From Octopus vulgaris (Eukaryota): DNA of 64,000 nt. The notes beneath the pieces were generated by a model, which was not told where the DNA came from, searched no databases, and saw only the letters and a list, made by a program, of their open reading frames with translations. The translations under genes and the position numbers were made by a program. Where the stretch lies: positions 101,928,001-101,992,000 of the forward strand of contig OX597819.1 in NCBI GenBank assembly GCA_951406725.2. The letters are read 5' to 3'. Each line of letters starts with the position of its first letter. Position 1 is the stretch's first letter. This document shows, piece after piece, positions 1-14,446 of this stretch.

Positions 1-246
1 AAAATTCTTCGGAATGATTGTAATTAGCTGTTTCTAAAAAGAAAAGAAATAAGGCATTATAAACTAGTTGAAAAAAAAAGGGTTGTATTAACAGGATCAA
101 TGAAGTTGCTCGGAGGTGGGGTTGAACGGTTTCATTTCATCCTTCATTTATAAATTTATTCCTTTCATTCGTTTTGCTTTGTTTTGTTCCCACCTTGTGC
201 TGTCTTCTCTACGTAAGGCCTTCATGGCCAATTTCATAAAATAAAG

Positions 247-412
247 AAGCTTGCTTCTCGACCTCATGGTTCCGCGTTCAGTCCTAGTCCGTGGAACATT
301 TGGCAAGTGTCTTCTACTATAGCCTCGGCGACCAAATCCTTGTATGTGGATTTAGTAGACGGAAACTGAAAGATGTCCGATGTATGCACACACACATACA
401 TATAAATATACA

Positions 413-457
<45 letters not shown>

Positions 458-464
458 ATATATG

Positions 465-499
<35 letters not shown>

Positions 500-746
500 A
501 CGTATGTGTGTATGTATGTATGTATGTATGTATTATGTATATGTGTATGTATTTTTATGCTGGTGTTTGTCACCCCACCATCGTTGGTGTGTTTTTATGT
601 CCCCCGTAACATAGCGGTTCGGCAAAAGACACCGATTAGAATGCATACTTAGGCTTACAAAGAATAAATCCTGGGGTTGATTTGTTCGACTAGAGGCAGT
701 ATTCCAGCATGGTCGCAGTCAAATGACTGAAACATGTAAAAGAATA
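247..746 (+). mobile_element. tRNA-derived SINE (family A), 5'-eroded, with internal (TA)n/(TG)n microsatellite
   Basis: Shares blocks GGCAAGTGTCTTCTACTATAGCCTCGG, GTAGACGGAAACTGAAAGA and CCAGCATGG.CGCAGTCAAATGACTGAAAC with the complete copies at 10831 and 55689. Confidence 0.85.
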
Positions 747-949
747 TATATACACATATATGTGTGTATGTGTCTGTGTTTGTGCGCGTGCGTGTGTGTA
801 TGTATATATGTATGTATTACTCTTTTCCTTATTGCAAACAAATACTGGTAACTGGATTAAGAAAATTCTAAACGGTATTTTATTATGTAATGCGTTACGA
901 ACGACATGTAACCTATTTTTTCTATTCTTTACACTCTTTCAATTATATT

Positions 950-1440
950 TGCATAATTAGCAATTTTCGTTGCTCAAGTGTAAGTTGTACAGTGGTGGTT
1001 TTCGTATTGAAATTTCTATCAGTTTCAATATGAGACGAAGTGTAAGACATACGCCGGGTGCGAAAATTTGATGATCGAGTATTATCTGCTTTTTTCATAT
1101 GTACAAGTCGTGTACATACTTGATGTTTACGCACTTCGTCTAGCAAGATCTTCTCAGACTGCACAATTCTATCACCATGTACATGTGTGTATGTATATAT
1201 ATATAGGTTCTGACAAATTACTCTTTCTTTGTCAGTTACAATGCTCATGTCGAATGTTATACTTAAGTCTCGCCAATGATTTACAAAGAAATCCACAGAT
1301 GCTGCATTTATTAGGATTATAGGTCACTGCATGTGTTATATTTGCAGCCGTTTTTCTCCTTTACTTTGAAATCTTAACCCTGTTAATGCTGGTTGGAACA
1401 AATTTTTTCATATCATTTTGATGCAACGATCTCCATTTTA
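950..1440 (-). pseudogene. Possible highly decayed Dong/R4-type LINE RT remnant
   Basis: Minus-strand fragments EKNGCKY...LINAA...RDLSITFD loosely resemble the R4/Dong EQKGC...LLIN...RNLS...AFD region. Many disruptions. Confidence 0.25.
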
Positions 1441-1454
1441 TATAAGTGTGTGTG

Positions 1455-1730
1455 AAGTGATGATGCATGGTCTTAAGGTTAGGGCGTTACACACACGATC
1501 GTGAGAGCGTGGTTTCAGTTCCTAGACTGTGATCTTGAGCAGAACGCTTCATCTCACCTTGTTCTGCGATCGCTTCGACACTTAATACGTGGTACTCCGG
1601 GAACCTGTTCGGCCAACGTCAAGAGTGAGCGAATATAGAACACATACATTTGATCGCTATAAACAGATCATTTACGCAGTTCGACAAAAATGCTAAACAC
1701 CCATACACCGCAATCGATTTAAGAGTCCAT
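1455..1730 (+). mobile_element. Decayed tRNA-head SINE
   Basis: Head (TGGTCTTAAGGTTAGGGCG...CACGATCGTGAG...GGTTTCAGTTCCT) resembles the head of the SINE at 17190, but the body differs. Confidence 0.45.
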
Positions 1731-1929
1731 TGTGTGTGTGTGTGTGTGTGTGTGTGTATTGTTCGCTAGAGTCTTCTGTCACATTCTTTGGCATGATCAC
1801 TTTGGCAAGCATACTTTCGGTAAAATAAGCAATAATTTGTACAATATAATTTTCGTTTTTCTTTCTTTGAAGGTTATGTTATACCTTAACGGTTAAGTCC
1901 TTAATGATTTTAACGGTTTAAAACGAACT

Positions 1930-2580
1930 TTTATCAGCCGCATATCAGATACTGCACGCTGTACGAATTGAAAAAGAGCTCAGCAATAACAGCGAAAAAA
2001 AAAACATTCGTTCTGCCTATGGAAACAAAGCTTTAACTGACTTGACATTCCATCGAATGTAAGGTCAGTTACTCTCGTGATATTTTTCTCTCGTTGATTC
2101 CCCTCAATCTGGGCAACTGTTATATTGTATATCCGTTGCGATATGAAGTGGGTCGTCTGTCAAGTAGAGCTGAACTAAAACAAAACTGTTAATGTAGAGA
2201 AGTACTGTCGTCATTTGGTAGCATTGCACAAACATCGGCGGGAAAAGCACGCATCATTGCTCAGTCATAAATAGATGTTCCTCTTTCACGATTATGCAAG
2301 ACTTCATATTGCTTGCAGCACTCAGGAAAAGTTTATGGCACTAAATATGGAAGTTATGCTTTATCCTCCCTACAATTCTGACCTTGCTCCACCTACCTAT
2401 AAACTTTGACTATTCCAACATATTTTTGCGATTAAAAAAAAAATTTAATTCAGAAAAATTAAAAATGATATTGAAAGTTTCTTTGATTTCAAATCTGAAT
2501 AATTTTATGCTCGTAGAATGAAAATTTGCCAAATAAATCGGATTATCTAATCTATAGTGAATTTAAAAAAATGATTTTGA
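1930..2580 (+). mobile_element. Decayed mariner transposase remnant
   Basis: Translates to LFHDYARLHIA...EVMLYPPYNSDLAPPTYKL, matching the mariner HDNARPH and HPPYSPDLAPSDYHL motifs. An N-terminal LYE...SAYG segment is also present. Confidence 0.75.
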
Positions 2581-2649
2581 TTAAATATAACAATTAAGTA
2601 CATCCTTAAATGTGACAGGAAATTCTTCCAATGTAAGATATATGTATAG

Positions 2650-2760
2650 GCGCGCGCGTGAGTGTATCCACAAGCAAGCTGAGTCCTCAACTTGTTCCAT
2701 TTGCCAAAAGGTGTGCAAGGCACCAGAAGGCCTCAAGAGACACATTCGTGACAATAGAAC
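2650..2760 (+). pseudogene. Isolated C2H2-like finger, probably an RTE-clade LINE C-terminal remnant
   Basis: CSICQKVCKAPEGLKRHIR: a single finger with no TGEKP linker, no second His and no visible exon context. Confidence 0.35.
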
Positions 2761-3514
2761 TTCATCGATGTTTTATCTTACTGAACCCTCATTTTCCGTT
2801 CACCACAAGAGAATCCAGTATATATAAATTTATATATAATACATTTAAAGTGAAGTTCAATCGTACTTGTTTGCTTGCAATGTTACAAACCCAAACTGGC
2901 GGACAATGGGAAAATACTTTGAAAGTAAAGTGCCACTGAAATGTGAATACAACAAGATTCACGTAAATCAGACCAGTAGTTATTGAGATATTCTGGGTTT
3001 TGGGGTACAAATATCCAAAATGGTGCAGAATGGGAAAATACTCCGAAAATAACTTAACCCCGAAAGGGAACGAACTCTAACCATTCCATTAGACACTTTA
3101 TGACAGGCAAATATTTTAAAGTGAAAATGTTTTTAAAAGCACGGAAAATATTTCGTAAAAGTCACATTCGTAACCTTTTTGTGAAATGTTTTTTTTTCCA
3201 TAGGTTTCTTTCGAGTGCATTCAACGTATCTCACCTCCTAAGATTTGGCTGCTATTTCTAGCACACTATCCTACTACGTAACAGCCTTTTGCTATAAAAG
3301 ACCCGAAATATGTTATGCGGTAGTAGGGCATGCAAGAATTAGCAGCCAAATCTTTCCTTTTCTGGGAAAAGGAGCCGTTTACGCGTGATGTCGATGTCAC
3401 ATTCGTTGAAAACGTGCGAAATAACAGAGAAAAGGGAAAACAAAACACGAAATAAAACTCCGTTACTAGGAAACTCAGACTTTGCTGGTATCTCAACGGA
3501 TCACGAGTAGTCTA

Positions 3515-3670
<156 letters not shown>

Positions 3671-3888
3671 AGGCAGATAAAACGGGTGCAGTTGCTGATA
3701 TAAAGACCAATATATACGCAAACAGGCATAGCAATACTCGGTGAATAATGAAGTCCTTTTCAACAAGAAAACATTGAGATTAAGACTATAAAGTATAGAA
3801 AAATAACATAGTAGGTATTACAAGATAATTACAGAATTAATTACAGAAATAGAAAATTAACGAACCTAACTACTTCTTGAAAGATATA

Positions 3889-4449
3889 CACCGACATGCA
3901 GGAAGTGAATAGACACCTTTAATTTTCAAAATCTTTTGATATTAATTGGTTATGGAGAGCTTTTCTTCTAGCAGCTTCTCCATATACCCAAGCTTATGCA
4001 GATATGTTACACACGTTCTTGGACTAACGTCTAGCTATTTTGCAATGTCTGAAGCCTTCGAACGGGGTTCGTTTTCCACAATTCTCTTCAAACAGCGAAG
4101 TTTCCTTTCCGAGGGCCCTGGTCGGCCGGGACGAGAATCTGTTGATTCTTTTCCTTGGATTTTGAATTGCCCTATAATTCTATTAACTATAGCAAGGAGA
4201 ATTTGAAGATTTTTCGGCAACTTTTCGCTGGCTTAGATCAGCCTCAGATTGCTCTCTTTGAAAATTTGACAGCTCTGCTGAATTTTTTGTGAGTGGCATG
4301 GTTACTCTTCGCAGATGTTTAATGTAATGACACCTGGAATGAAAAAGAATAATTACATTGTAAATTCTACACCGCTGAAAACATATTAAGGCGGTTAGAT
4401 CAGACATTTTGAAAATTATATGTGTCTATTTACTTCCTGCATGTTTGTG
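3889..4449 (-). mobile_element. Internally deleted Tc1-like transposon
   Basis: Imperfect TIRs of about 45 bp (CACCGACATGCAGGAAGTGAATAGACAC... / ...GTGTCTATTTACTTCCTGCATGTTTGTG), with TA on the left. The minus strand encodes a Tc1 N-terminus: ELSNFQR...IVNRII...RPGRP...LKRIVENEPRSKASDIAK. Confidence 0.8.
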
Positions 4450-5981
4450 CATATAATATAGAGGAGTAGCGAAATTGCTTAAACGGTTAAAGAACAAGTG
4501 AGATGGAGATTAAAGTACGCAACGTTGATAGTAGAATAATTAGTTTAATATAAATGAAAGAATTCTACAAGGAAGTGAGAGTTATTATTCAAATAGTTTG
4601 TGCTATGTTTTACAGTAGAACATAATCAATAGGACACGGCTGATCTCAGGATCATGTGGCTGGGAAGCAAACGTCTTACTTCACACAGCTATACACTGGT
4701 AAAGAGGTATATAGTAATATAGATGTAAAATTGTGTGAAGCGTGCAGGAGGATTGAAATGAGCGAAAGAAGTCTTTTTTTTTGTTTTGGAAAAAGTGGAC
4801 ATTTAAGCAGATGTAGAGGAAAAAGTAATGATGGCTTCGAGATCAATATGTATGCTTGCATGCATTTATGAATATGTATATTAATTGCATTTGCACGCAT
4901 AGATGTATAAGTATATATATATATATATATATATGGGTGTGTTTCAGAGAAAGAGAGAGAGAAATAGGGAGAGAGAGAGGGGGAGGGGTTATGTGTAATG
5001 AATAGGAGAAACAGAAACTAAATACTAGCAGTATAATATAAATATTTTAACCCAGTCACCCATGACTGAAGAAACCTGTTACATTTGCATGTGGAAACTG
5101 GTAGTTTCGGCCTACAAATATGCATATATGCATGCATATACACATACATATATAGGCATATATATACATACATACACACACATACACACACACACACACA
5201 TATATATATGTACATACATATATGAGCACAGACATACATATACGAACAAATACATTTAGGTGTGTTTTTTTGTGTGATTTGGAAGCATGGGGCATCTTAG
5301 GTGCAATGTACCTAAAGACAGCAAGAGAATAGACTTGAAGAAAATTTACGCCGCAAACGAAAAACAAGAAAAAACGAAAGCAAGAAAGAAACACCGCAAC
5401 AATCTATAAAATAGGTTAATACAGCAGATAAGTCAAAGAAGACATTTGAAAACTAAAATTTCCATAAATGCTGTTAAAAGTCATGGCATAGCTTTTGATT
5501 CTGTTTAAGCAGTGCATAATTTTTAATGTTGATTTCATTTGAGATTCTATTTATGTTTCCATAGCAAACAAAGACAGCGCTATTATTTCTATCTATCTGA
5601 CCATTTCTTTATTTTATTCTTTATCTATTTTAAATAAATACTGGTTTCCAAACACCTATAATTTATAATGATTTGTAGCCATATATTTTTTTTATTGTGC
5701 TTTGTTCTTAAGAAATAAATTACTATAAGTTTTGATTTAATTCTCTGGCATAGACTGTCAGATTGTTTCTCTTTATCTTTCTGTATATCTATCTGTGTCT
5801 TTGTCTCCTGCTGCTTTCACTCTCTTTCTCACTCTCTATGTATCGACCTCTTTCTTTTTCACTCTCTCTCTCTCTCTCACCCTACATCTATATAATTGTC
5901 TTCTCTTACTCTATATTGATGTCTCTCCACTTTCTTTCAAAATTTTTTCTTGCTCTGGCTTTATGTTAGTTGTCATCTACT

Positions 5982-6115
<134 letters not shown>

Positions 6116-6375
6116 TGCAAGCACATATTCACATACATGCACATATCGCAAAATCGTTCTCCCTTTCTCCCGCTCTGTATCTCTTTATTTCTTTCTACCA
6201 TGTAACTACACACACATATATATACACCCGCAATTATGCCCATTGAAACAGACATATTTATGTATATAGCTTTATAACCAAAGACTCTTTCTATATACGT
6301 ATTTACGATTTTACCAACTGTTGTAAATAAGTAAATGTTAGTGTATATTATTTTGCATGTATATATGTATATATG

Positions 6376-6443
<68 letters not shown>

Positions 6444-6746
6444 GACACAGAAAGCACAAACACAGACAGCTATAGAGGTGTACGTGGAATGGATTTCATT
6501 GTAACGTTACCTATAAACAAAGCGCATAGATATTGGAAGGGGTCAACACTCACACTCATACACACATATAAATACAATATATACATATGTGTAAGTAACA
6601 TACATATATAAGTATATAAGTAAATATATATACATATACATATACATACATATATATATATATATACATAGACATATATACATATACATACATATATATA
6701 TATAAATATATATATGCATATATATATGTATATATATACATAATAT

Positions 6747-6815
<69 letters not shown>

Positions 6816-7031
6816 CATATATATATATATGTGTATATATAGTCTCTGTGTCTTTGTGCTTGTCTGTGTATGTATTTATGTATGTATATATATATATTAT
6901 GCATACACATATGTATACACACATACATACTTAAAACATATGTGAAAATGAGAATGTATGTTTATGCAAACGACTGAGCTGTATAGGCATACACGCACTC
7001 TCATACACTCGCCCACAGAAGAACACATACA

Positions 7032-7079
<48 letters not shown>

Positions 7080-7477
7080 TTCACATACACACATTTATAC
7101 ACACAATGGTGTTTATACATAAACGACGTAAATAGATGATTTATGTCAGCTGAAACAAATATCGACCAGACAATGAATAAAGTTGAATGTGAGAAATATA
7201 TTTGCCGGCGTGTGTCAGCTGATGTCTGTATATATAAGCATACACATTGTGTACACAATGCATACTCTCATATTTATACCCGTAAACGAATATATCAATA
7301 GTGTGTTTTGATATATGGTCAACATAAAGATTTGAGACATGTTACCTTAGACAAAGAAGAGATTTAATCGCTGCAAAGCCATGTTACTTCCATTTCCCTA
7401 GGTGTATTTTGCTGTGAATATTTATTTAATACCAGTTGTGTGATTCTGTATTTATTTCTCTGTGTTCCTATCCAATG

Positions 7478-7575
<98 letters not shown>

Positions 7576-7585
7576 GATGATGATA
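7478..7585. repeat. (AAT)n(GAT)n microsatellite
   Basis: Read directly from the sequence. Confidence 0.95.
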
Positions 7586-7675
7586 AAAATAATAGATTCT
7601 AGCCATGCATGCACACTTATAAACATTCACATAAGCACCTACATGCACATATATATGTGTGTATATATGCGTGTA

Positions 7676-7708
<33 letters not shown>

Positions 7709-8584
7709 GTGTGTGTATATATGCGTATATATATATATATATATATACACATATATATATATATATATATGTATGTATATATATATATACATATGTGTAT
7801 ATATATATGTGTACATATACATGTGTGTGCACGTTCATATTCACATGTGCATAAAACATACGCATCTACATACACGTATACTGTCATACATATTTGTATG
7901 TGTACAAGTAAGTATATGTACACTCATATATAATTACATATACATGTATACATATACAAATGTATATGAATTTATATATATATATATTGTGTGCGAGTGA
8001 GTGTGTCTGCGTGTGTGTCTGTATATGTGCATCTGTGTGTGCATGTGTAAGTGTGTATATGTGTAAGCTTGTGTGCATCTGTTTGGTTTAGTCGTTTACA
8101 TTTAAATATATTCGACTTTTTTCCATCGAAGGGAATTTTATCCCAATCGTCTACTCGCTGTCATATATAGCTTTATCTACCTCGAGTTCCACAACTAATC
8201 TAGCTCGTGATTACACACAAGCGCGCGCGGCACACGTTATAAAGATTCGTTCAGAATCACTGCACATTAACAGGTAAGACGCCAGAAAATGTCCAGGTGC
8301 AAACATAGAACTCTCTATGAAGTAAAACAGCATTGCGGACTTTAAATCTTGGGAGGACACTGTAAATAAGCAAACACCAAATCCAGTTCGTAACCATCAA
8401 TGCAACTCATCGGTTGACTCTCGTCGTGCCGTGCCATTCCTGTTAACTATTTTATATTCTCCTTATATATATATATATATATATATATTCATAAGATACA
8501 TGTATAGGGTAGCGAGTATTCGTTATAAATATCACTACAAGTGGTCTAACAAGTATAAAGAGTCAATAGATAACATATTCATAT

Positions 8585-8813
8585 TTTAAAAAAGTGTACA
8601 TTTAAACTCAAGAGAAAACTAACTTTTAATAGGTAATTTTTACATGCTAGAAATAGCAACCAACACGACCTAAAACACGATTTAATAGCAATTTTCGAAG
8701 CGATTGAAAAATAAAAACTTTTACCTTGTTATTAATTATCGGTTATAACATGGTTTCGAAATTACCTATTAAAAGGTAGTTTTCACTTGTGTTTAATTGT
8801 ACACTTTTTTAAA
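8585..8813. repeat. 55-bp inverted repeat between TA tracts
   Basis: 8585-8639 is the reverse complement of 8759-8813 with 4 mismatches. Confidence 0.85.
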
Positions 8814-10476
8814 GTATATACATATATATATATATATGGGGAGGTAAAAGTCGTGCAACATATTTTTATATGATCAAGCAGCTGAATACTGGTTATGCCA
8901 TATAACTGGTCAGAATGTAACCGTTGGTTTTGCTAACGATTCTTTAGCTGAACAGTCGTCAATGTTTCAAAGTGCAATAGTGGCACTAAAGCGACGGTAA
9001 CATTCGGATCAGTTATATACCATAACCAAATATTCCTTCAACTAGTCTTTAAATTTAGTTTAGAAATATATAGTTTTAAGCCATTAACAGTTTTAGAGCT
9101 TCTCAATTTGTTAATGAAATAGCAACGATTTGTTGCAACGTTTTGCCGTTGGCATCTAATGATCATAGGAATAAGCGTGGTAAAATATGAATATTTATTT
9201 ACTCATAGGTACTCCTAGTATTTTTTATTTTGTTTCCTTGTGAAATTAGACGATGAAGGTACTTTTTATCGGTATACGTTAAGGATCGAATCAAGTGATT
9301 TCATTTCTTTTGTTTTAGCAATCCAGTTCGCTCAATTCTCCCAATCTGAAGTATTGTTAATAGTAGCTGAAGGCAAGTAAATTTCTGAACAATTTTCTGC
9401 GTAGGCATTCATACATACACACGCACACACACACATACACACAAGCACAGACACGCACGCACGCACAACACACACACGCAAACACACTCACAAATACGCA
9501 CACACATACACAAAGCAGCATGAGGTCGACAGCCTGAAAATAATAATTACTAGAATAATTACTATAATAATTATTCATTTCACATCTAAACACATGGACA
9601 TGTGTATATATGTATGTATGTATGAACATATATATACATATATGTATACATATATATTCATATATATGTATATGTATATATGTGTATATATATATGTATA
9701 TGCAAATATACATGTGCATGCTTATACATATGTATGCATCTATGAATATATGTGTGTGTGTACACACATACACACACCTATTTATTGTGTATGTGTGTGT
9801 GTAACGATATTCATAATCCATATTGTATTCGTGCAATAGCACTTAATGACTGGCTGTTGACCTTCTATCATTATTTAAATGACAATATGCCTAGACACAT
9901 ATTTCCGCCTCTGTTATTGACTTTTTGTGAGGGAAATACGTACGAAGCCACATAAATTTCATTTAAATTTTAACCGGTCCATTCGATGTTAAATTCAAAA
10001 TTTGTGAAAAGCTCATATAAATCCAGCTGTCAGATTGTAAGTGAACAAATGTATCTCTATTCACTTGTTGAAAGAAAATAAAGAAAGCTTTCACTATATT
10101 GTCTACTCAACTACATTTAAAGAATTGTTTTAATGGTTGTAGTCGACCTTCAACCTGTTTCAACTGAATGTTTTCAAATTGCTGATGCAAGTACACAATA
10201 TCTTTCTCTTATCTGAATAGCCGAAAGAGCCTGAAGACCGAGAATGTTATTCATGGAGGTCTTCTGCACACGAAAGCTCGTGTTTGGTGCAAAACATGAC
10301 TAGATTCGACACACACTCAGCGTACGGCAAGTAGCTGACGCCGAACATTGACGGGTGTGATCTTCACTCAACCCGAGTCACTTGTGTTTCAATGCTTCTT
10401 CCAGGCAAATTTACCTCTGCTGTTCACTGATATTGTTTTAACTCCCTGTGATTTTGTTACTTTGTGGAGTGTGAAA

Positions 10477-10996
10477 ATGTCACAAAGATTTGCAGATTTC
10501 TCTATGGGTAACAGTGAGAAGCAAAAAAGGAAGCATCTGTCATTGCCTATAGCACAGATTATAGCGTTACCTCAAAAGGTGGATCATGATGTATCCGTGC
10601 CACGTCTTTCAGAAGATTACGGTGTAGGAACAGAAGTGGGTTGCTGAAGTTTTGCTGTGATAGGGATGACGAGTAAATAATGAAAAATTGCAAAAAAAAA
10701 TTCCATAGGGTAAAACAATGAAGATCTTGATCGTACGCTGACTGAGTTCGTCTTCAAAAAACTGAACGTCGGCCACTGAGTGGACTGAGGATCATGAAAC
10801 AGGCTGAGCGTTAATATAGAAAAGTAAAACAGGCGTAGGAGTGGCTCTGTGGTTAGTAGCTTGCTTACCAAACCCATGGTTCTGGGTTCAGTCCCACTGC
10901 GTGGCATCTTGGGCAAGTGTCTTCTACTATAGCCTCGGACTGACCAAAGCCTTGTGAGTGGATTTGGTAGACGGAAACTGAAAGAAGCCCGTAGTA

Positions 10997-11053
<57 letters not shown>

Positions 11054-11510
11054 TTGTCCCCCCCAACATCGTTTGACAACCGATGCTGTTGTGTTTACGT
11101 TCCCGTAACTTAGCGGTTCGGCTAAAGAGACCGATAGAATAAGTACTAGGCTTACAAAGAATAAGTCCTGGGGTCGATTTGCTCGACTAAAGGCGATGCT
11201 CCAGCATGGCCGCAGTCAAATGACTGAAACAAGTAAAAGAGTAAAAGAATAAAGAATTTAAGGCACTTGTCAATATTCAGAAAGCTGGTTGCAGAAATTT
11301 AAGAACTATGGTTTAAAATATATAAATCTGTGGTGAAAAAACTTGTGATTGTGAAGATTTGCATCTGCTGAAAATCCTAGTCCAGAATAAATTTACAACG
11401 CAGATGAAACAGCTCTCAACTTGCTCTTCGTTCCTAGTATAACAGTAATGGTTGATGAAAAAGTAGCCACATATTTCAAAGATGCTAAGAACAGGATGAC
11501 GTGTTTTGTG
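10477..11510 (+). mobile_element. Decayed Tigger/pogo (Jerky-like) transposase, interrupted by a SINE
   Basis: MSQRFADFSMGNSEKQKRKHLSL...VSVPRLSEDYGVG (CENP-B-type HTH), then NEDLDR, IMKQA, WLQKFK and IYNADET, continuing across the SINE at 10831-11256. Confidence 0.8.
10831..11256 (+). mobile_element. tRNA-derived SINE family A, full length
   Basis: A-box-like TGGCTCTGTGG, B-box GGTTCAGTCCC, internal (TA)n(TG)n, and a 3' tail of GTAAAAGA repeats. Confidence 0.92.
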
Positions 11511-11644
11511 TGCTAATTATTTCCATATTCAACATTTTTGGCACAAGTAATGTGCTAGTCATTTACATCGAACTTGGTGTTTCATTGGTTCTTGTTTTAT
11601 CAACCCCGCAATGATAAAAGACAAAGTCCACCAGGGTGACATTT

Positions 11645-11934
11645 TGTTTGTTCCTTCTCGAGCCATGCCTGGTTTCCTGGTTTCCTTGGCGTATAAGTTC
11701 CCCACCTGGACGGGACGCCGGTCCGTCGCAGGTGAGCTGCAAGATGCAGGAAGAAAGAGTGAGAGAAATTTGTGGCGAAAGAGTCAGCAGAAGTTTGCCA
11801 TTACCTTCTGCCGGAGCCGCGTGGAGCTTAGGTGTTTTGCTCATAAACACACACATCGCCCGGTCTGAGATTCGAACCGACGATCCCTCGACCGCGAGTC
11901 CGCTGCTCTTACCACTAGGCCATATGCCTCCACA
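11645..11934 (-). mobile_element. tRNA-derived SINE with V-domain-like block (family C)
   Basis: Minus strand has TGGCCTAGTGG and GGTTCGAATC boxes and CTGCGACGGACCGGCGTCCCGTCCAGG. Flanked by the near-identical TSD GGGT(G/C)ACATTT. Confidence 0.82.
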
Positions 11935-12039
11935 GGGTCACATTTGACTAAGAATGAGTCTCTTTCAATAATAAACATTATAATGTGTACAACTTCTGGG
12001 TTCAAAATAAATGCCTTTAAATAACCAATACCATTGGAG

Positions 12040-12350
12040 TAAAATGGTTTATAAATATGTTCGCCGTTCTGTGTGCACCCATTGAATAATTATCTCTTCG
12101 GTAGACATTTACACACAACCCAAATATTTTATTTGCAGATTCTAATAAACAAGAGCTCGTACTATAATGAGATATTCATGGGTCAGAGGTAGCTTCGGCT
12201 GAAGAGATGCAAAACGAGGTCGAAACATCGCAGTGCCTCGAAGTCCGCTTACACCGGCGAATCTCACGTGTTGTCAACAGGTATTACTTTAAAGGAGATG
12301 TTCTCCGATAGCGAGTGACATCAGCGGTCACCATGTTCAGGTTCGAATCT
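12040..12350 (-). pseudogene. Decayed Penelope-like RT remnant
   Basis: Minus strand gives NLNMVTADV... and, about 80 codons later, SMGAHRTANIFINHF. These resemble the PLE RT motifs LVTADVxSLYxNI and AMGxxxAPxxANIFM in the correct order. Confidence 0.4.
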
Positions 12351-13083
12351 GCTTTAAATATTAAGACTAACTAGATACCTTGTAGTTTGGATTCTTGCAG
12401 TTCTGCGTGTGCCCATGTATAACGCGCTCGTGCACACAAACACACACATACACAAGTACGCATACATACACACACACACTCACACTCGCACATACAAGCA
12501 CACACACACAAAACATATATATTCAGTAACTTCTCCTCCGTTAATGAACCCTTGCTCATATTTACTCATCACAATTATATACATACACCTAGGAAGTTCT
12601 GTACCTTTAACCTCTGCAGATATGTTTAGCCATACAGATCATTTCTCTCTCTTTGTTTCTCCCTCTCTCCATCTCCCTCCCTCTTGCTCTCTCTCCCTTT
12701 CTCTCCCTATCTCTCTCTCTCTCTCTCTCTCTCACTTTATCTATCTCTGAATCTGTGTATCGCTCTATCAATTTATCTATCCCTCTCTTTCTCTCGCACT
12801 CTTTCTCTCACTCTTGTTTATTTCTTCTCATTTTATTTCCTTCACATTCACCTGATGTTTCTCAATCCCGTTCTCTGTGCTTGTAAAGAATTTATTATGA
12901 GTGAAAATTGCTAATACCATGTGTTGAATATATGAATACGACCGAATGTAATGCATGCTTGTACCTTAATATATAAGCATATGCATATATGTGTGTTTAT
13001 ATATATATATATATATATGCACAATATATACACGTACATACACAGACGTATATGCATACACACACATATGCATATGTATATTC

Positions 13084-13132
<49 letters not shown>

Positions 13133-13244
13133 TATGTTATACATACATATATGGGAAAATGTTAATTCGTGGATGCGTATATTATATATCTAATGCATGG
13201 TTTGCGCATATATATGCGTTTAATTTTCAGAAGATCTAAGGCGC

Positions 13245-13356
<112 letters not shown>

Positions 13357-14099
13357 TAACAAACATTCACATATACCTTTCTGAGAAAATTTAAGTTCGT
13401 GTGTGTATGTAAATTGCTGTATGTTTTCAATGTATAAATTAACATTTATGCACATGCGTGTGTGCATGCATAGAACTCTGTGAACGTGTATGCAAATTAA
13501 TATGTAAATTACGTATGCAAATTACAATGTGTATGTGATTTTCGTATTAGTGTGCTGTATATAATGTACACGTATATACATAAATATGCATACATCCATA
13601 CATGTATCTGTTTATGTATATATGTATGTACGTGTGCAAACAGGCATATACGTGTACGTATGCGTGTGGGTGCATATGACCAACGTGCACGTGAATGTGT
13701 GTCTTTTGGTGTTAGCGAAAGTGCAAGGGAAGGTTGGGTTTGAAACTACCGTTTCCCTACGAAGATATTACATCTAAAGTATTATATTTTAACACGAAAT
13801 CTACGTGGAACTTTCGCACGTTTGATGGTTGCCAGAAAATACTTGTAAAAAACAAAAATGATGAAACAAAACGAAAAACGAAATGGAAAGAGAAAAATAA
13901 ATGAATAAATAAATAAACAAATATATTCCTCAAATATAATCCAGCATAAACTGCTCTAGTATGATGTTTTATAATTACAATGTAACGGGTATTGAATTTT
14001 AACTCGTAATTACCATCGCTCACTTTCTCCTGCTATACCCCATTCAGTTAAATAATACATCTTTCTTGCGTCTTTGTCCATTAAGGGAAAGAACAGCAA

Positions 14100-14160
14100 T
14101 GATTATAGTAACAACAACAACAACAGCAACAGCAACAACAACAACAACAACAACAATAAC

Positions 14161-14238
<78 letters not shown>

Positions 14239-14311
14239 AACAACAACAATGGTAAAAGTAAAACCAATAATAATAATAGCAAAACTAATGACTGTAATAA
14301 TAATAACATAC

Positions 14312-14394
<83 letters not shown>

Positions 14395-14398
14395 AATA

Positions 14399-14431
<33 letters not shown>

Positions 14432-14446
14432 ATAATGGTAATAATC
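14100..14446. repeat. (AAC)n/(AAT)n/(GAT)n compound trinucleotide block
   Basis: Read directly. The (AAT)n(GAT)n module occurs twice. Confidence 0.95.

Noticed and set aside
2612-2827. C2H2 zinc-finger gene exon
   Set aside because: A single incomplete finger without a linker. Better explained as a LINE C-terminal remnant.
10831-10905. tRNA genes at SINE heads
   Set aside because: A/B boxes are present, but there is no complete cloverleaf and the sequences continue into SINE bodies.
12200-12240. CTGAAGA...GAAAC hammerhead-like string (another at about 10231-10280)
   Set aside because: No helix III-UH-helix I closure. The 12.2 kb one lies inside a putative RT remnant.
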